A DNA stretch of 64,000 bases. Origin: Eledone cirrhosa. Lineage: Eukaryota. Position numbers and translations under genes: made by a program. Numbering within the stretch: position 1 is the stretch's first letter; the number at the start of each line of letters is the position of its first letter. The stretch is from the NCBI GenBank assembly GCA_964016885.1, contig OZ024761.1, positions 17,608,001 to 17,672,000 of the forward strand. The letters run 5' to 3'. The notes below the pieces were generated by a model that did no database searches, was not told the origin of the DNA, and saw nothing but the letters and a program-made list of their open reading frames with translations. Shown here piece by piece: positions 13,443 through 26,084 of the stretch.

Positions 13443-13530
13443 TTACATATCATCGAGAAGCTCATCAGAATTTGCAGTTTCTAAGATTGGGAGTGTTTCG
13501 TCCATCTGTGGACTGTCTTTCTTCAAAGAC
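13443..13530 (-). CDS. XRCC4: XRCC4 coding exon 10 (last)
   Basis: ttgcag|G; encodes (R)SLKKDSPQMDETLPILETANSDELLDDM*, resembling the XRCC4 C-terminus EDLFDEI*. Phase 2 matches the previous exon. Confidence 0.8.
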
Positions 13531-14238
13531 CTGCAAGCAATATAATAGGGAATAAATAAATAAATACTAGGTCAAGTACTTGAGAGAGGGCAGATGAGAG
13601 TGAGGAGGTAAAAGGAAGAGTGATATAATCTACCAGACCCAACAGAAAACTGGACATTATTTGCAATTTTTGTTTTATTAATAATAAAACAAAAATAATA
13701 TTCGGTTAAAATATATTTTATAAAACCCCCTAAAAAATGTTTCTCCTGTGTAAAGAACTAGTATCCATAAAAGAATTTTACACATATGTATCATCTATTG
13801 ACAAAATGACACATATACGCTTCAGTATTGTTTAATAAAATGGAAGTTCTCTGATATTATTTTACAAAGGGCAGTGGATTGGCAGTATTGGTAGAGGGTT
13901 GGACGCCATGCTTTGCAGCATGCCTTTTACGGTCGCAGTTCAAATCCTACCAAAGTTAAATTTGCCTTTCATCATTACGGGGGTCGATAAAATAAAGCAC
14001 CAGTAATGCACTGGGGTAATTGCTGGCCTTGTGCCAAAAGTAGAAACAATTATATTTGTATGTATTTATCTTTTTAAAAAAATTATGAATTTAGCGGTCC
14101 GAAAGGTTGGCGACTACTAATATAATCGATTGTTCCCCTCTCCCCAAACATTCTGGCCTTTAGAAAGAATTATTATTGCTGGCAGGTAGGGTGGGAAGGA
14201 AGGAAGGAATAGATGGTAAAGTTTATGGCTTGGCTTAC

Positions 14239-14358
14239 CTTTTTCTTGGCAATGACTCTGTTTTGGCAGTTATCTCAGCTGATGATGATGATGATGGTGG
14301 TGGCACCATTGTTGACACTTTTGCTCTTTTCTTTGCTTCATGATATGTCATAGTTTGT
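14239..14358 (-). CDS. XRCC4: XRCC4 coding exon 9
   Basis: ctgcag|A...AG|gtaagc; 120 nt, phase 2-2; (R)QTMTYHEAKKRAKVSTMVPPPSSSSSAEITAKTESLPRK with a basic NLS-like patch. Confidence 0.75.
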
Positions 14359-14444
14359 CTGCAGAAATGGAGACATTAGCAAAAAAAAAAAACGATAAAA
14401 ATGGTATCACTGAGAGAGAGAGAGAGAATATATTGTTTTCTCAT

Positions 14445-14484
<40 letters not shown>

Positions 14485-14499
14485 ATATATATATATATA

Positions 14500-14632
14500 T
14501 ACATTTTACATTTGAATTATATATATATAAAGAAGGTAAGTATGCATATGTAAACACACATATATATATATATATATATACATTTTACATTTGAATTATA
14601 TATATATAAAGAAGGTAAGTATGCATATGTAA

Positions 14633-14680
<48 letters not shown>

Positions 14681-15365
14681 TTTACATTTGAATTATATAT
14701 ATATAAAGAAGGTAAGTATGCATATCTAAACACACACATATATATATATATATACATTTTACATTTGAATTATATATATATAAAGAAGGTAAGTATGCAT
14801 ATGTAAACACACATATATATATATGTGTGTTTACATATGCATACTTACCTTCTTTATATATATATAATTCAAATGTAAAATGTATATATATATATATATG
14901 TGTGTGTTTAGATATGCATACTTATATGTTTGTGTTATGTGTTAGATATTTATATATATATATATGTTTGTGTTATGTGTTAGATATATATATATATATA
15001 TATATGTTTGTGTTATGTGTTAGATATTTATATATATATATATATATATTTGTGTTATGTGTTAGATATTTATATATATATATATGTTTGTGTTATGTGT
15101 TAGATATTTATATATATATATATGTTTGTGTTATGTGTTAGATATTTATATATATATATATGTTTGTGTTATGTGTTAGATATTTATATATATATATATA
15201 TGTTTGTGTTATGTGTTAGATATTTATATATATATATATGTTTGTGTTATGTGTTAGATATTTATATATATATATATGTTTGTGTTATGTGTTAGATATT
15301 TATATATATATATATGTTTGTGTTATGTGTTAGATATTTATATATATGTTTATGTTATGTGTATA
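14500..15365. repeat. Two compound minisatellites with an inversion centred near 14820
   Basis: Four copies of ACATTTTACATTTGAATTA(TA)nAAGAAGGTAAGTATGCATATGTAAACAC, then one inverted copy, then about 11 copies of TTTGTGTTATGTGTTAGATATT(TA)n. Confidence 0.85.
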
Positions 15366-15458
15366 TGATTATATATGTATATATATCATATATGTGTGTG
15401 TGTATATATATATATGTGTGTGTGTATGAAAATATGGACTAGAGAAACAGAGACTAAC

Positions 15459-15520
15459 CTAGATACTTCACTGATCTCGTCCTCACTTGATTCATCAGAA
15501 AACATTGGTTTTGCCACTGT
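15459..15520 (-). CDS. XRCC4: XRCC4 coding exon 8
   Basis: tctccacag|ACA...AG|gttagt; 62 nt, phase 0-2; TVAKPMFSDESSEDEISEVS (acidic tail). Confidence 0.72.
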
Positions 15521-15610
15521 CTGTGGAGAGAAAATATACATGGAAGTAGATGTTCTTAATTAGATGGTTTGTTAATTAGTGAAACAATTGTCTAAGTATC
15601 TATGACTTAC

Positions 15611-15638
15611 CTCAATTTGTGTTTCTTGTTCATATACA
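15611..15638 (-). CDS. XRCC4: XRCC4 coding exon 7 (28-nt microexon)
   Basis: ttttctag|T GTA TAT GAA CAA GAA ACA CAA ATT GAG|gtaagt. Needed to reconcile phase 2 of exon 6 with phase 0 of exon 8. Confidence 0.72.
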
Positions 15639-16795
15639 CTAGAAAATGGAATTGAGAAAAATATAACATCAGTTTTTTCTTTTGTTTTTGCTTTGTTTTG
15701 TTTTGTTTTGTTTTAAGCAAAATTAAACACACAAACACGTTTTATAATATTCTTCTTCACCCACATATTCCTGAGGGGTTCATGGGGACTAAGTCCTCAA
15801 ACACACCTTCCAGCTGGTCCTGTCAGAAGTAACCGTCTTCAACTGATCCAGCTGGATCCCTAAGCGAGATCAGCCAAGCTCATGGATGTTACCCAACCAT
15901 CTTGCTCAGGGTCTACAACATCTGCTCTGCACTTGATAGAATGTATGATCATATGTAAGCAAAATGCAGACCCCTTGGCCTGTCTGAGTGGTCTGTAGCC
16001 TGCTTCAGTACTAACTTGATATATGTAGACCCATCCAACCCTTGCTAGCAGGGAAAGGGGATGTTAAATGATAATGATTTCCAGCAGAAGGCTGATGATA
16101 TAGGTACTTGTCTGTATTTTCCACTGTCCATGTCACATATAGTTAGATTTTGAATTATATTATATATTTACCTTAGCCAATGCAAGTGGGACTTGATTTC
16201 ATCATCATCATCATTTTCCATGCTAGCATGGGTTAGACGAGTTGGCCCATTGTTAGACAAGCCAGGTCAAATGACCATGTCTTTCTCATACAGAACTGAT
16301 TTTGGCTTGTTTTCTATGGCTGGATGCCCTTCTAAATGCCAACCATATTTACAGTGTGTACTCGGTGCCTTTTGTCATGTCACCAACAAGACCACTTTAC
16401 AGTGCCGACTCGGTGCTTTTTGTCATGACACCTACAGGACCACTTTATATATATGACTCTGTAGCTTGTTTAAAATACACAATGGAATCCGATATGATGA
16501 AAGCCTACTACAAAAATTCTCATCATCTGATCTCATTGGAATTGTTACTTCAAGACTAGATAGAGACATCTTTACTTCAAGACTACATAGAGACATCTTT
16601 ACTTCAAGACTACATAGAGACATAGAGTTCTAACTACATTATTGGCAGTACCATAGACAGGTATATATATATATATATACTGGTATCTACACACACATAT
16701 ATATATATATATACACATATAGATATAAAGTCATAACACACATAGTCACACACACACACACACACAGACACACACACACACACTGACAGTGTTAC

Positions 16796-16877
16796 CTGCT
16801 CGAAGGAGATGTTTCCATGTCTGAACCATCCTCTTCAGACTCCAGACTCTTCACAACTTTGGATTCTAAATTTTTTA
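16796..16877 (-). CDS. XRCC4: XRCC4 coding exon 6
   Basis: ctatttcag|TA...AG|gtaac; 82 nt, phase 1-2; (I)KNLESKVVKSLESEEDGSDMETSPSS. Confidence 0.8.
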
Positions 16878-16994
16878 CTGAAATAGAAAAAACAAAATGG
16901 TTTGAGTTCTAGGGATTTGTTTGGTGGTGGTAGTGGTAGTATTGGAAACCAAGCTAAGTACTAACCTGACGAGCCTCTGGGTTCAAGATAGACT

Positions 16995-17222
16995 TTAACC
17001 CTTTAGCATTTACATTACTCTATAAATACTATTATATTTTCATGGTAAAGGCTTTACCTCGCATAATTATCTCAAATAATATTGAATCTTTGGGATTTTG
17101 AAAGTATTTATTTTGAGAACAATACCTTAACATCAGTTTGAGTGACCAGTTACAGCCAGTTTCAACAGAAAGAGGTAGAGAATTCTGGCTGGTTTTGGCC
17201 GGTTTGAACATTAAAGGGTTAA
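16995..17222 (+). mobile_element. piggyBac-type MITE
   Basis: TTAA-CCCTTTA...TAAAGGG-TTAA. The family also occurs at about 11445-11647, 18124-18532, 22084-22303, 27280-27483 and 62120-62592. Confidence 0.8.
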
Positions 17223-17423
17223 ACTTTTAGTGGTATTAAACAGGACGGTGTGCAACATCCTGCTCTCTTCCAACATATAAATAGCTCCATTATATGTGAT
17301 TTGTTAGACATGCACACATGTCGACACACACACATGCAGACTCTCACACAGATACACACATACACGTGTGCGCACAGACATGCATATATATACTCACACA
17401 CACGCTTATATACATATACTCAC

Positions 17424-17478
17424 TTTTTTCTCGAAGTGTAGAGATTTCTGTCTTTTTGGTATTGAGAACAGCCAAGAA
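17424..17478 (-). CDS. XRCC4: XRCC4 coding exon 5
   Basis: tttttcag|TTC...A|gtgagt; 55 nt; FLAVLNTKKTEISTLREK corresponds to human FILVLNEKKTKIRSL (ligase IV-binding coiled coil). Confidence 0.9.
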
Positions 17479-18123
17479 CTGAAAAATATATATATTGGTT
17501 TATATAATCATACAGATAAATCTCTTTCTCTCTCTCATCACAATGTCTACTGATGATTGCAGCTGTTGGCTTCACCATTCCAAGAGATCGTCTATGTATG
17601 TACAATATTTGTATTTATATATGTCCTAACACTCCCACCACTCACCCACGTACCTAGATCTACCTCCCCAATCCCCCACACACCTGCCCCACCCCACACT
17701 GTAAAGTGATCATGTTGGTGACAACATAAAGCACCCAGTCCACACTGTAAAGTGGTCATGTTGGTGACATGACAAAAAGTACCCAGTACACTGTAAAGTG
17801 TTTGTGTAGGTGTCATGACAAAAAGCAACCAGTACACACTGTAAATCTGGTTGGCTTTAGGAAGGGCATCCATCCATAGAAACCAAGCCCAAATCATTTC
17901 TGTACGAGATCGATATAGTCATCTGATGTGGCTTGTCTCAACGGGACAGCTTATTTAACCCATGCTAGCAGGGACAAATGGACACTAAACAGTGGTGATG
18001 ATGATGATATATATTTATACTTCATGACAGATGACAGAAGAGCATGATGAGTGGAAATTTGAGTATTCTGAGGTTTCTTGGAATTCAACTTTTGGAAACA
18101 ATGCTTTAGAAGAGGAAATGTGT

Positions 18124-18532
18124 TTAACCCTTCAGCATTTGCATTACTCTATATTTACTATTGTATTTTCACGATAAAGGCTTTACCTCACATAACATTT
18201 GCATTACTCTATATTTACTATTGTATTTTCACGGTAAAGGCTTTACCTCACATAACATTTGCATTACTCTATATTTACTATTGTATTTTCACGGTAAAGG
18301 CTTTACCGCACATAACATTTGCATTACTCTATATTTACTATTGTATTTTCACGGTAAAGGCTTTACCGCACATAATTATCTCGAATAATATTGAATCTAT
18401 TGGATTCTAATATCATTTATTTTGAGAACAATACCTTAACATTACTATGAGTGGTCAGCTACAGCCGGTTTGAACAGAAAGAGGTGAGAGTATTCTGGCC
18501 GGATACGGTCAGTTTATATGCTAAAGGGTTAA
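18124..18532 (+). mobile_element. piggyBac-type MITE with an internal 60-bp unit x4
   Basis: TTAA flanks, CCCTT/AAGGG ends, tandem GCATTACTCTATATTTACTATTGTATTTTCACGGTAAAGGCTTTACC.CACATAACATTT. Confidence 0.8.
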
Positions 18533-18544
18533 AGGAATCCTTAC

Positions 18545-18601
18545 CTTAGAATATAATTCTTGCTCCAGAGTCTCTTTGGTGCCAACAAGTTTATCTAAAC
18601 G
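18545..18601 (-). CDS. XRCC4: XRCC4 coding exon 4
   Basis: ctttcag|CGT...AAG|gtaagg; 57 nt; RLDKLVGTKETLEQELYSK corresponds to RFEKCVSAKEALETDLYKR. Confidence 0.9.
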
Positions 18602-19239
18602 CTGAAAGACAGAATAACACAAATGGTATGAATATAACAACAAAGGTAGTGGCTTGGCAGAACTGGTTAGAAGGTCTGAGGAAACACCATTGTGGATTTT
18701 GGGGTTCCGGTTCTTTACATTCTTACTCAATTCCTGCCACGGTCAACTTAGCCTTTCATTCCTCTGGCCAGTGCCAGATTTACCATTGTGGTTAGGTGTG
18801 CTTAAGCACAGGGCCCTGTTGCTCAAGGGGGCCCGCTTCCTGCCAAAAAGTCTTTTTGGGGGTGAATTTTTTAAATGTTTGGGACCTCATAGCTTAACTA
18901 GCACAGGGCCTCATTTGTCCTAAATCTGGCACTGCCTCTGGGGTCAATAAAATAACATACCAGTGAAGTACTGGGGTTGATATAATCAATGTTGGTGTGT
19001 GGGCTAGCCAACAACAATAATAAGAGCAATATTTACAAGTGTGTGAGTGGAACAAATGTTTTAAAGTCATTGTCCTTTTGTAAAACAGGGTCTTCATGAT
19101 AGATTTGATTTTGATTAAGGGGTCCTTTTTGAGGTCATGTTTTATAGTCAAATTCCCTTCCTGGCACCAACTCTTTCCATGTGATAATAAATTAAAACAA
19201 ACGAACAAACAAACAAAAGTAAAACATGGGAGATAATAC

Positions 19240-19404
19240 CTTGAGTGTATCCGTTCTCTCTTGTAACAGCGTCTCTTTGTCTTCCTTCACTGATGTTATC
19301 TCCTCATTGATATGTGATATCATATTTATACAATGGTCAAAGATCTTCTGGGTTATACATCTGATACCCTCCATTTTATAAAGCGTCGCTGTACCAAGTG
19401 TAAA
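19240..19404 (-). CDS. XRCC4: XRCC4 coding exon 3
   Basis: gacag|TTT...AAG|gtatta; 165 nt; FTLGTATLYKMEGIRCITQKIFDHCINMISHINEEITSVKEDKETLLQERTDTLK corresponds to FRLGSFNL...CLDTI...KENERLL. Confidence 0.88.
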
Positions 19405-19477
19405 CTGTCATGAAAAAAAAAAGAAAAGGAAAAGATGAAAAAAATATAAACACAACCTAAAAAAAGATGCGTGAAAT

Positions 19478-20895
19478 CATCATCATCATCATCGTCGTTT
19501 AACATCTATCTTCCATGCTAGCATGGGTTTAGAGGGGAATTGTCGCACTTGAGGCAAGATTGGTCGTCTCGCTCGTAAGGACTGTCTGGTAGGTTTTCTA
19601 CGGCTGGATGCCCTTCCTAACACCAACCACATTTACAGTGTGAACTGGGAGGTTTTTATCGTGTTACCTGCATGGCCACATTACAGCGTGGACTGTGTGT
19701 TTTTTTTTTCGTGACACCCACACAACCTCATTACAGCGTAGACTGTGTGTTTTTTTTGTCGTGACACCCACACAACCTCATTACAGCGTGGACTGTGTGT
19801 TTTTTTTGTCGTGACACCCACACAACCTCATTACAGCGTGGACTGTGTGTTTTTTTTGTCGTGACACCCACACAACCTCATTACAGCGTGGACTGTGTGT
19901 TTTTTTTGTCGTGACACCCACACAACCTCATTACAGCGTGGACTGTGTGTTTTTTTTTTCGTGACACCTACACAACCTCATTACAGCGTGGACTGTGTGT
20001 TTTTTTTGTCGTGACACCTACACGACCTCATTACAGCGTGGACTGTGTGTTTTTTTTGTCGTGACACCTACACAACCTCATTACAGCGTGGACTGTGTGT
20101 TTTTTTTGTCGTGACACCCACACAACCTCATTACAGCGTGGACTGTGTGTTTTTTTTGTCGTGACACCTACACAACCTCATTACAGCGTGGACTGTGTGT
20201 TTTTTTTGTCGTGACACCCACACAACCTCATTACAGCGTGGACTGTGTGTTTTTTTTGTCGTGACACCTACACGACCTCATTACAGCGTGGACTGTGTGT
20301 TTTTTTTGTCGTGACACCTACACAACCTCATTACAGCGTGGACTGTGTGTTTTTTTTGTCGTGACGCCTACACAACCTCATTACAGCGTGGACTGTGTGT
20401 TTTTTTTGTCGTGACACCTACACGACCTCATTTATTTAGGACTGGATGTTGTGGTACCAACATAACTTTACAGAGAAAGGGGTGGTGTTGATGGAGGTGG
20501 GGGAGTTGGAGTAGTGGGTGGGGGGGGGGGGGGGGTGTATATTTGATTAAGAGGTGCCTACTGACTGTAGGTTTCGCTTTGTACTTAGGCAAGGTGGGTT
20601 TTCTGTATTACTGCGTGGCGCCAAAGATCTCGGTCCAGTGACATTGTCTTAGAGAGGTGTAAGTGTGTAAGGTCGGAATTTATCAAATTGTCCCAGATTT
20701 TTTTGGGTCTGCCTACTCCGTAACTTCCGTCAATTTTGATCGCCCTGCACTTTTTTATACAGCTGTCGTCTTTCATGCGCATCACGTGACCATACCAACG
20801 TAATCTTCTCTCGAGTAAACAGCATCTGATCCCTCTTATTCCTAATTTCTCACTAAGTTCATTTATGCTTTGCTGTTCACGTATATTACTATTAT
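19478..20895 (-). mobile_element. 5'-truncated RTE LINE 3' end
   Basis: Encodes ...LERRLRWYGHVMRMKDDSCIKKC...GRPKKIW...DRDLWR; 3' UTR and (GAT)n tail are homologous to 55170-56890. Confidence 0.88.
19681..20430. repeat. 50-bp minisatellite, 15 copies, inside the LINE 3' UTR
   Basis: Unit TTACAGCGTGGACTGTGTGTTTTTTTTGTCGTGACACCCACACAACCTCA with no spacers. Confidence 0.95.
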
Positions 20896-21363
20896 ACAAA
20901 TGTTTACAATATTTAATTTGTTTTTTAAAATGATATCTGCACCACAAGCTAGCACATGGTTTAAGGTTCAATTCTCCACCACTACAGAGTGAAACCAAGA
21001 GTAAGTGTTTCTTGTTACATTGATTAATATTTTGTGAGTGAAATTTAGTCTATATATCAGATACATATATTTATATACATAAGCATTATGTTATATCATT
21101 ATAAAACAGTTAATTAATATTATAAATGTGTGTATGTGTGTGTATATATATGTGTGTGTGTATGCATACACATATATATACATATATGTATGCATACATG
21201 TATGCATATATACATGTATATATGTGTGTACATCTAATATATATATATATACATGTGTGTGTGAATGTACACATACATACATAAACTTTTCCTCAGTCAT
21301 CACATTTAATCCTTTCACCCTATGTAGCCATGTAATCATATGTCAGTATGTTCTAGAACTTAC

Positions 21364-21521
21364 TTTGAAATCTTCTGCTGCCTTCTTCTCCTTCCATTTG
21401 AAAAGAATCTCACTACCAGATACATCTTTGATTTCATAGTCAAAGCTCCTTTTGTTGTCGGATGTTCTGGTTAATGGCTGGAAATCTGAACACTGTTTGT
21501 GGCTGGCAGCTTTCTTCAACA
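21364..21521 (-). CDS. XRCC4: XRCC4 coding exon 2
   Basis: cattttcag|TG...AAA|gtaagt; 158 nt, phase 1-0; (V)LKKAASHKQCSDFQPLTRTSDNKRSFDYEIKDVSGSEILFKWKEKKAAEDFK (head domain). Confidence 0.82.
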
Positions 21522-22354
21522 CTGAAAATGATGAGGAATATACTCTATAGGGTGTGGCAAAAATACCTCCCACATTTTCACGGTTGACCGTGTAAAATAT
21601 AGGAGGTTTTACTGTCGCATCCTGTATATACATAAATAAGACCGTTATTGCTCCAATCAGTCTACTAACCCTCAGCAAATATCCTAAACTGAACACCTAC
21701 CTGAACCCATGGCTCCTGCCAAACCAAACTGTGCTCACCCTCCAAATTCGGCAAATCAAACATATATATATAAAGAGTGGTGTGCAGAGATGCTGTAAAA
21801 TAGCTTATAAAATAGGTTGAAGACCTTTGGAGATGGAAAAAGAAGTTGCCATTCGCCGCTACAAGGAATTGAACCTAGTATCTCTCAGATTTCAGCGAGA
21901 CATTTTGAACCAATAAGCCAAGAGACTGACAACTTTTACCATCTTAAATTAGGTAATTGAATAACAGCTTTTATATGTAAACAAACATCGGATATATGTA
22001 GCTGATCTCTTGGACGCTGAGGGGAAAAAGTTAATATAAAGAGTGGTGTGCTCATGCTTAGAGATGCTATAAAATAGGGTGAAAACCCTTTAGCATTTAC
22101 ATTACTCTCTATATACTATTGTATTTTTGTGGTAAACACTTTATCTCACATAATTACTTCACAATATCAAATCTACAAGATTTTGATATTATATATTTTG
22201 AGAACAAAACCTTAACATAAGTACGAGCAGTTGGTTATGGCCAGTTTGAACAGAAAGAGGTGAGAGGATTTGGGCTGGATACAGCCGTTTAAATGCTAAA
22301 GGACTAAAGACATTTGTTATTCAGCTGTTGTTAGGTTACCAATACTCAACTTAC

Positions 22355-22484
22355 CAGATCCACTCCAGAAGTCCTGACAGTCTGTTATGATCAGGTCATA
22401 CCCTTCCTCTTTAACTGTAGTGAACAGATACAGCTCTTTGTTATCAGCTGTGATCTTGATAAATGTCATATCTTCTTCTTCCAT
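22355..22484 (-). CDS. XRCC4: XRCC4 coding exon 1
   Basis: tgtag|G ATG...G|gtaagt; MEEEDMTFIKITADNKELYLFTTVKEEGYDLIITDCQDFWSGS corresponds to GFVITLTDGHSAWTGT. The acceptor 1 nt before the ATG implies an upstream non-coding exon. Confidence 0.85.
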
Positions 22485-23809
22485 CCTACAACAAACAATT
22501 GAAGATGAGTTTTACCTAAGTGGCCTGGCTAAAATCTGTGTAACCTGGGAGAGCTCTTGGGTCTATTCCCATCTCCACCAACACCACCACCACCACACGC
22601 CCCAGACAGAAAAATACAATATATTGTACTGTGACTCCCTCTTATGCAGCCCTCATAAACATGTCACCACATTCATCTCTGACTTGCCACAGAAAAAATA
22701 CAAATTGTACAGTAAGTGACCCCTCCGCCTCCCTTCTTTTCCCCCATCTGGTTCCTCCACTAAAAATACAACATACAATGACTCCCTCATAAAATGTCAC
22801 CCCCCATAAAGTGTCAGTGATCCAGGGAGGAACACTCTGTACCTCCTCCGCCCAATGGCTTTCCCTAGCAATGCATCAGTTTTAGCACATGTGATTATCA
22901 AATACCTTTTCACTCTGGGGATTACGAGACATTTATAAATAGGACTTGATTGACCATATTCTTTTTCGTACCGGCCAGTCACCATTGAAACCTCTGGAGT
23001 CCTCTTCAGTTCCCAAGTCTCTAAACTGCCGTTTTCCTCTGCAAAACGAGGGAGGGGTGCATTCCCTCCTCAGATAGCAGCCTCCGCGAGATGGAGTGAC
23101 TGATGCAGTGGGTGTCACTGGCTGTTCTATGTAGCAGTTATATCCATGGGACACAGCTAAGAAATACCACCTAGACTTATGTGTACACTCTACTGCTCCC
23201 TTCCCCTTATTTTCGCTAATTAATATTATTTCCTGTTTTTCTACCTTTTTCGTTTTTTTTTTTTTATGTTAACGTTGAAGAATTGCAGTTTTCTTTCTTT
23301 CATTTTTACAAAAGTATTTATTAACAAATAAAGACACGAATCTCTTTCTTTAATTTCTTTTCCCTCCCTGTGGAGTATTGAGTGACTTTCATCGTTTCTG
23401 TAGCAATTTTAATAAAATACAGGTAAAAGGATGCTAGCCACAGGCTCCCTACAACAACAACACAAAAGTGTTTCAAATGCCATTTTCCTTGCCGAAGCAA
23501 GGATTAGCCTTGAGGGATTCACGAGTTTTCATCATCAACATGGGACCCCCTTTTCTAGGCAACGTTTTGTGGTTGGACGCCTTTTTGCAACAGCATCCCT
23601 GTTAGTGATTTTTTTTAACGCTATGTAGGAATGTGAGGTGCCTATTCTGGGGTAAGCCTTGTGGGGCCCCCACAACAGGCTTCAAACTTTTTATGGGGTC
23701 ATTCCTATTTCTAGCAGGTCGAGCGACCGTTCAGTAGATACCTCATTGGGTAGTTTGGGAAGATTTGGCTGGTATTTTTAGCAGGTCGAGTAACCATTAA
23801 GTGGATCAC

Positions 23810-23933
23810 TCGTTGCCCATAGAGAGGAGCGACAGGAGACAAAACCAAGACACAGAGCCATTGTTTCGCATGAACAATAATTCAATATGGCGACGACAAT
23901 GTAGACATTGTTTCGTATCAACAAACCAGCAAC
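23810..23933. promoter_or_regulatory. Probable bidirectional promoter region of XRCC4 and ELP4
   Basis: The divergent ATGs are 1450 bp apart. Unique CpG-containing sequence with two YY1-like AANATGGCG motifs (23884, 23931). Confidence 0.5.
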
Positions 23934-24069
23934 ATGGCGACGGGCAGCTTTTCAAAGAATAAATCTTTGCAGAGATCCAGAGTCCTGCAAATACCGGGAA
24001 CGAAACCGTCACTGTTCAACCATCAGCTTTTGGTGTCGTCTGGAGTACCGTCGTTTGATAATCTCTTGG
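23934..24069 (+). CDS. ELP4: Elongator complex protein 4, coding exon 1
   Basis: AACATGG start; MATGSFSKNKSLQRSRVLQIPGTKPSLFNHQLLVSSGVPSFDNLL(G) corresponds to ELP4 [27 protein letters not shown]; donor G|gtaagt, phase 1. Confidence 0.9.
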
Positions 24070-24899
24070 GTAAGTACGTTCGATATTTACGGAGTATTTT
24101 AATGTCGGAACATCATTAATTTCGTCACTCATTATTAACATCATTATCACATAATAATAACAATAATAATTTATAACATTGTCACAAGGCCCCGAATTTA
24201 TAGGAAGGAGATGACGAGGGGAACAAGCGATTCTATCATTATTAGAACTAGTTCTTCACTGGTATTTTGTTTTATTGATCTACCGGTCGAAAGAAAGGCA
24301 TGGATTCAGAACGTATGTAAATAGACATAACTGTTAAATAATAATGCAGATTCTTTTTATTAGTCACACAGGGTTGACAAGAAGAAAACATTAAGGGCGA
24401 CACATGATGATACAACTGGGGAGTCTTTTTTTCGTGTAATAATTGTGAAAACAGAAATAACAAACGAGGATAATGTTAATTCGTGATGTCAACATGAAAA
24501 CATGGAGTTAAAACCCAAAAGAAATATCAATAATTGTTTCTGAGTTAGGCACAAGGCCAACCATTTCGGGGGAGAGGGAAGGCGATTAAATCGATGCTAG
24601 TGCGTTACTACTGCTTTATTTTATCCACCCCGTAAGGATGAAAGACAAACCTAGGCCGGATTTTAACTCAGAACGTTAAGGGACGTATAATGATGATGTT
24701 TTCTTTATTAAAACAAGGTAATAGTGTTGGCGACAAGAGATCGTTACTCTATTACTATGTTATGTTGTGTCCTGGCTCCATTCACGTCTAGTCTACCACA
24801 ACAGCAATAACACGTACCAGTAATATACCGTAAATGATGGCAGTTACTGTCCTCACATGTAAACTACTATTAATAATAATAATAATGGTTTCTGATTTT

Positions 24900-25080
24900 G
24901 GGTGGAAGAAGAAAGTCGATTAAATCGACCCAATGCCTTACTGGTACTTTATTTTATAGACCCCTTAAGCATGAAAAGCAATGTTAACCTCGGCGGGATT
25001 TGAACTCAGAACGTAAAGAGCCGTAATTATATGCCGCAAAGCATGTTCCCCGACGCTCTACCGATTACTGCCAATCCTAT
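24900..25080 (-). mobile_element. SINE (Meta-type core family)
   Basis: Reverse complement of the 992-1190 family. Other copies at about 13870-14052, 26830-26960, 39605-39792, 41512-41698 and 52745-52958. Confidence 0.8.
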
Positions 25081-26084
25081 AATAATAATAAGTAGTATTA
25101 TTTCTACTTTTGGCACAATGCCAGCAATTTAAAGGGAAAGAGAAAGTCGATTTTATCGACCCCCGGAAGGATGAAAGGCAAAGCTGACCCCGGTGAGATT
25201 TAAACTCTGGTTTCTTTATTAACCGCAAAGGGTTCACATGAAGAAAACACTAAGGACGGCTCAGGATTTAAAAAAAAAAACTATGTATATATGTGTGTGT
25301 ATTAGTTTTACGTATAAAATAAACAGGAGTGGAGTGGAGTGGAGGTAACGAAAAAGAAAAAGAAATTTCCTGGGAGGGTGACTTCCGATGGCCACTTGTC
25401 GAATGATTACACGAGTGAATTTGTACAAATGGCAGAGCACAGAACTAGGACTCTGCGTCAGACGTTTTCAATCGCTGTGTCGCATGTGCTCCATATGTGT
25501 GCCACGTTTTTTTTCCTTCTGTTTATTTTTTCGACCAGCCATAAAAATGCTAGGTTATTTACAATGCTGCGGTGTTTTTAATGCACTACGCCGATCAGTG
25601 TGTATATGTATATTTCTTTGTGGCAAGGCACAATACATGCACACAGGGAGAAGCGGACGTAAAATGATGATGATGATGATTATAAATAGATAGATGTGTG
25701 TGTAAGTATTAAATTAACAGCGAAATGCGAATGCGGAGAGGAGGACCATACGATGCAACACTGCCTTGTTTGCCCTCTACTACCCAACCAGTGCAGCTTA
25801 AAAGATCTCGCAGAATTTAATAATAATACAAAGGACTGTGTAAAGAAATGGGAAACTGTCATATAACCACATGGCTCGAAGATACGAAAAGAAGAAGAAC
25901 AAAATAAAAACAAACTTAAGTTATTTTACCTATTCATATCATTGTTTTACGATCATTTCGGAGGGTTGATCATATTGTCTGATCTATAGCAGTTATACTG
26001 GGTAGACCACACAGAAAAATGTGTATGTGTGTGTGTAGATTCCCGAGTTGTGTCGGGGAGTAGCCGTAGTTAAAAAAAGGTACT

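Noticed and set aside
19681-20430. CRISPR-like regular array
   Set aside because: Contiguous near-identical units with no unique spacers, no cas genes and a eukaryotic context; derived from a LINE 3' UTR.
21522-21696. Upstream extension of ORF 21343-21696
   Set aside because: Intronic read-through; only 21364-21521 fits the splice phases of XRCC4.
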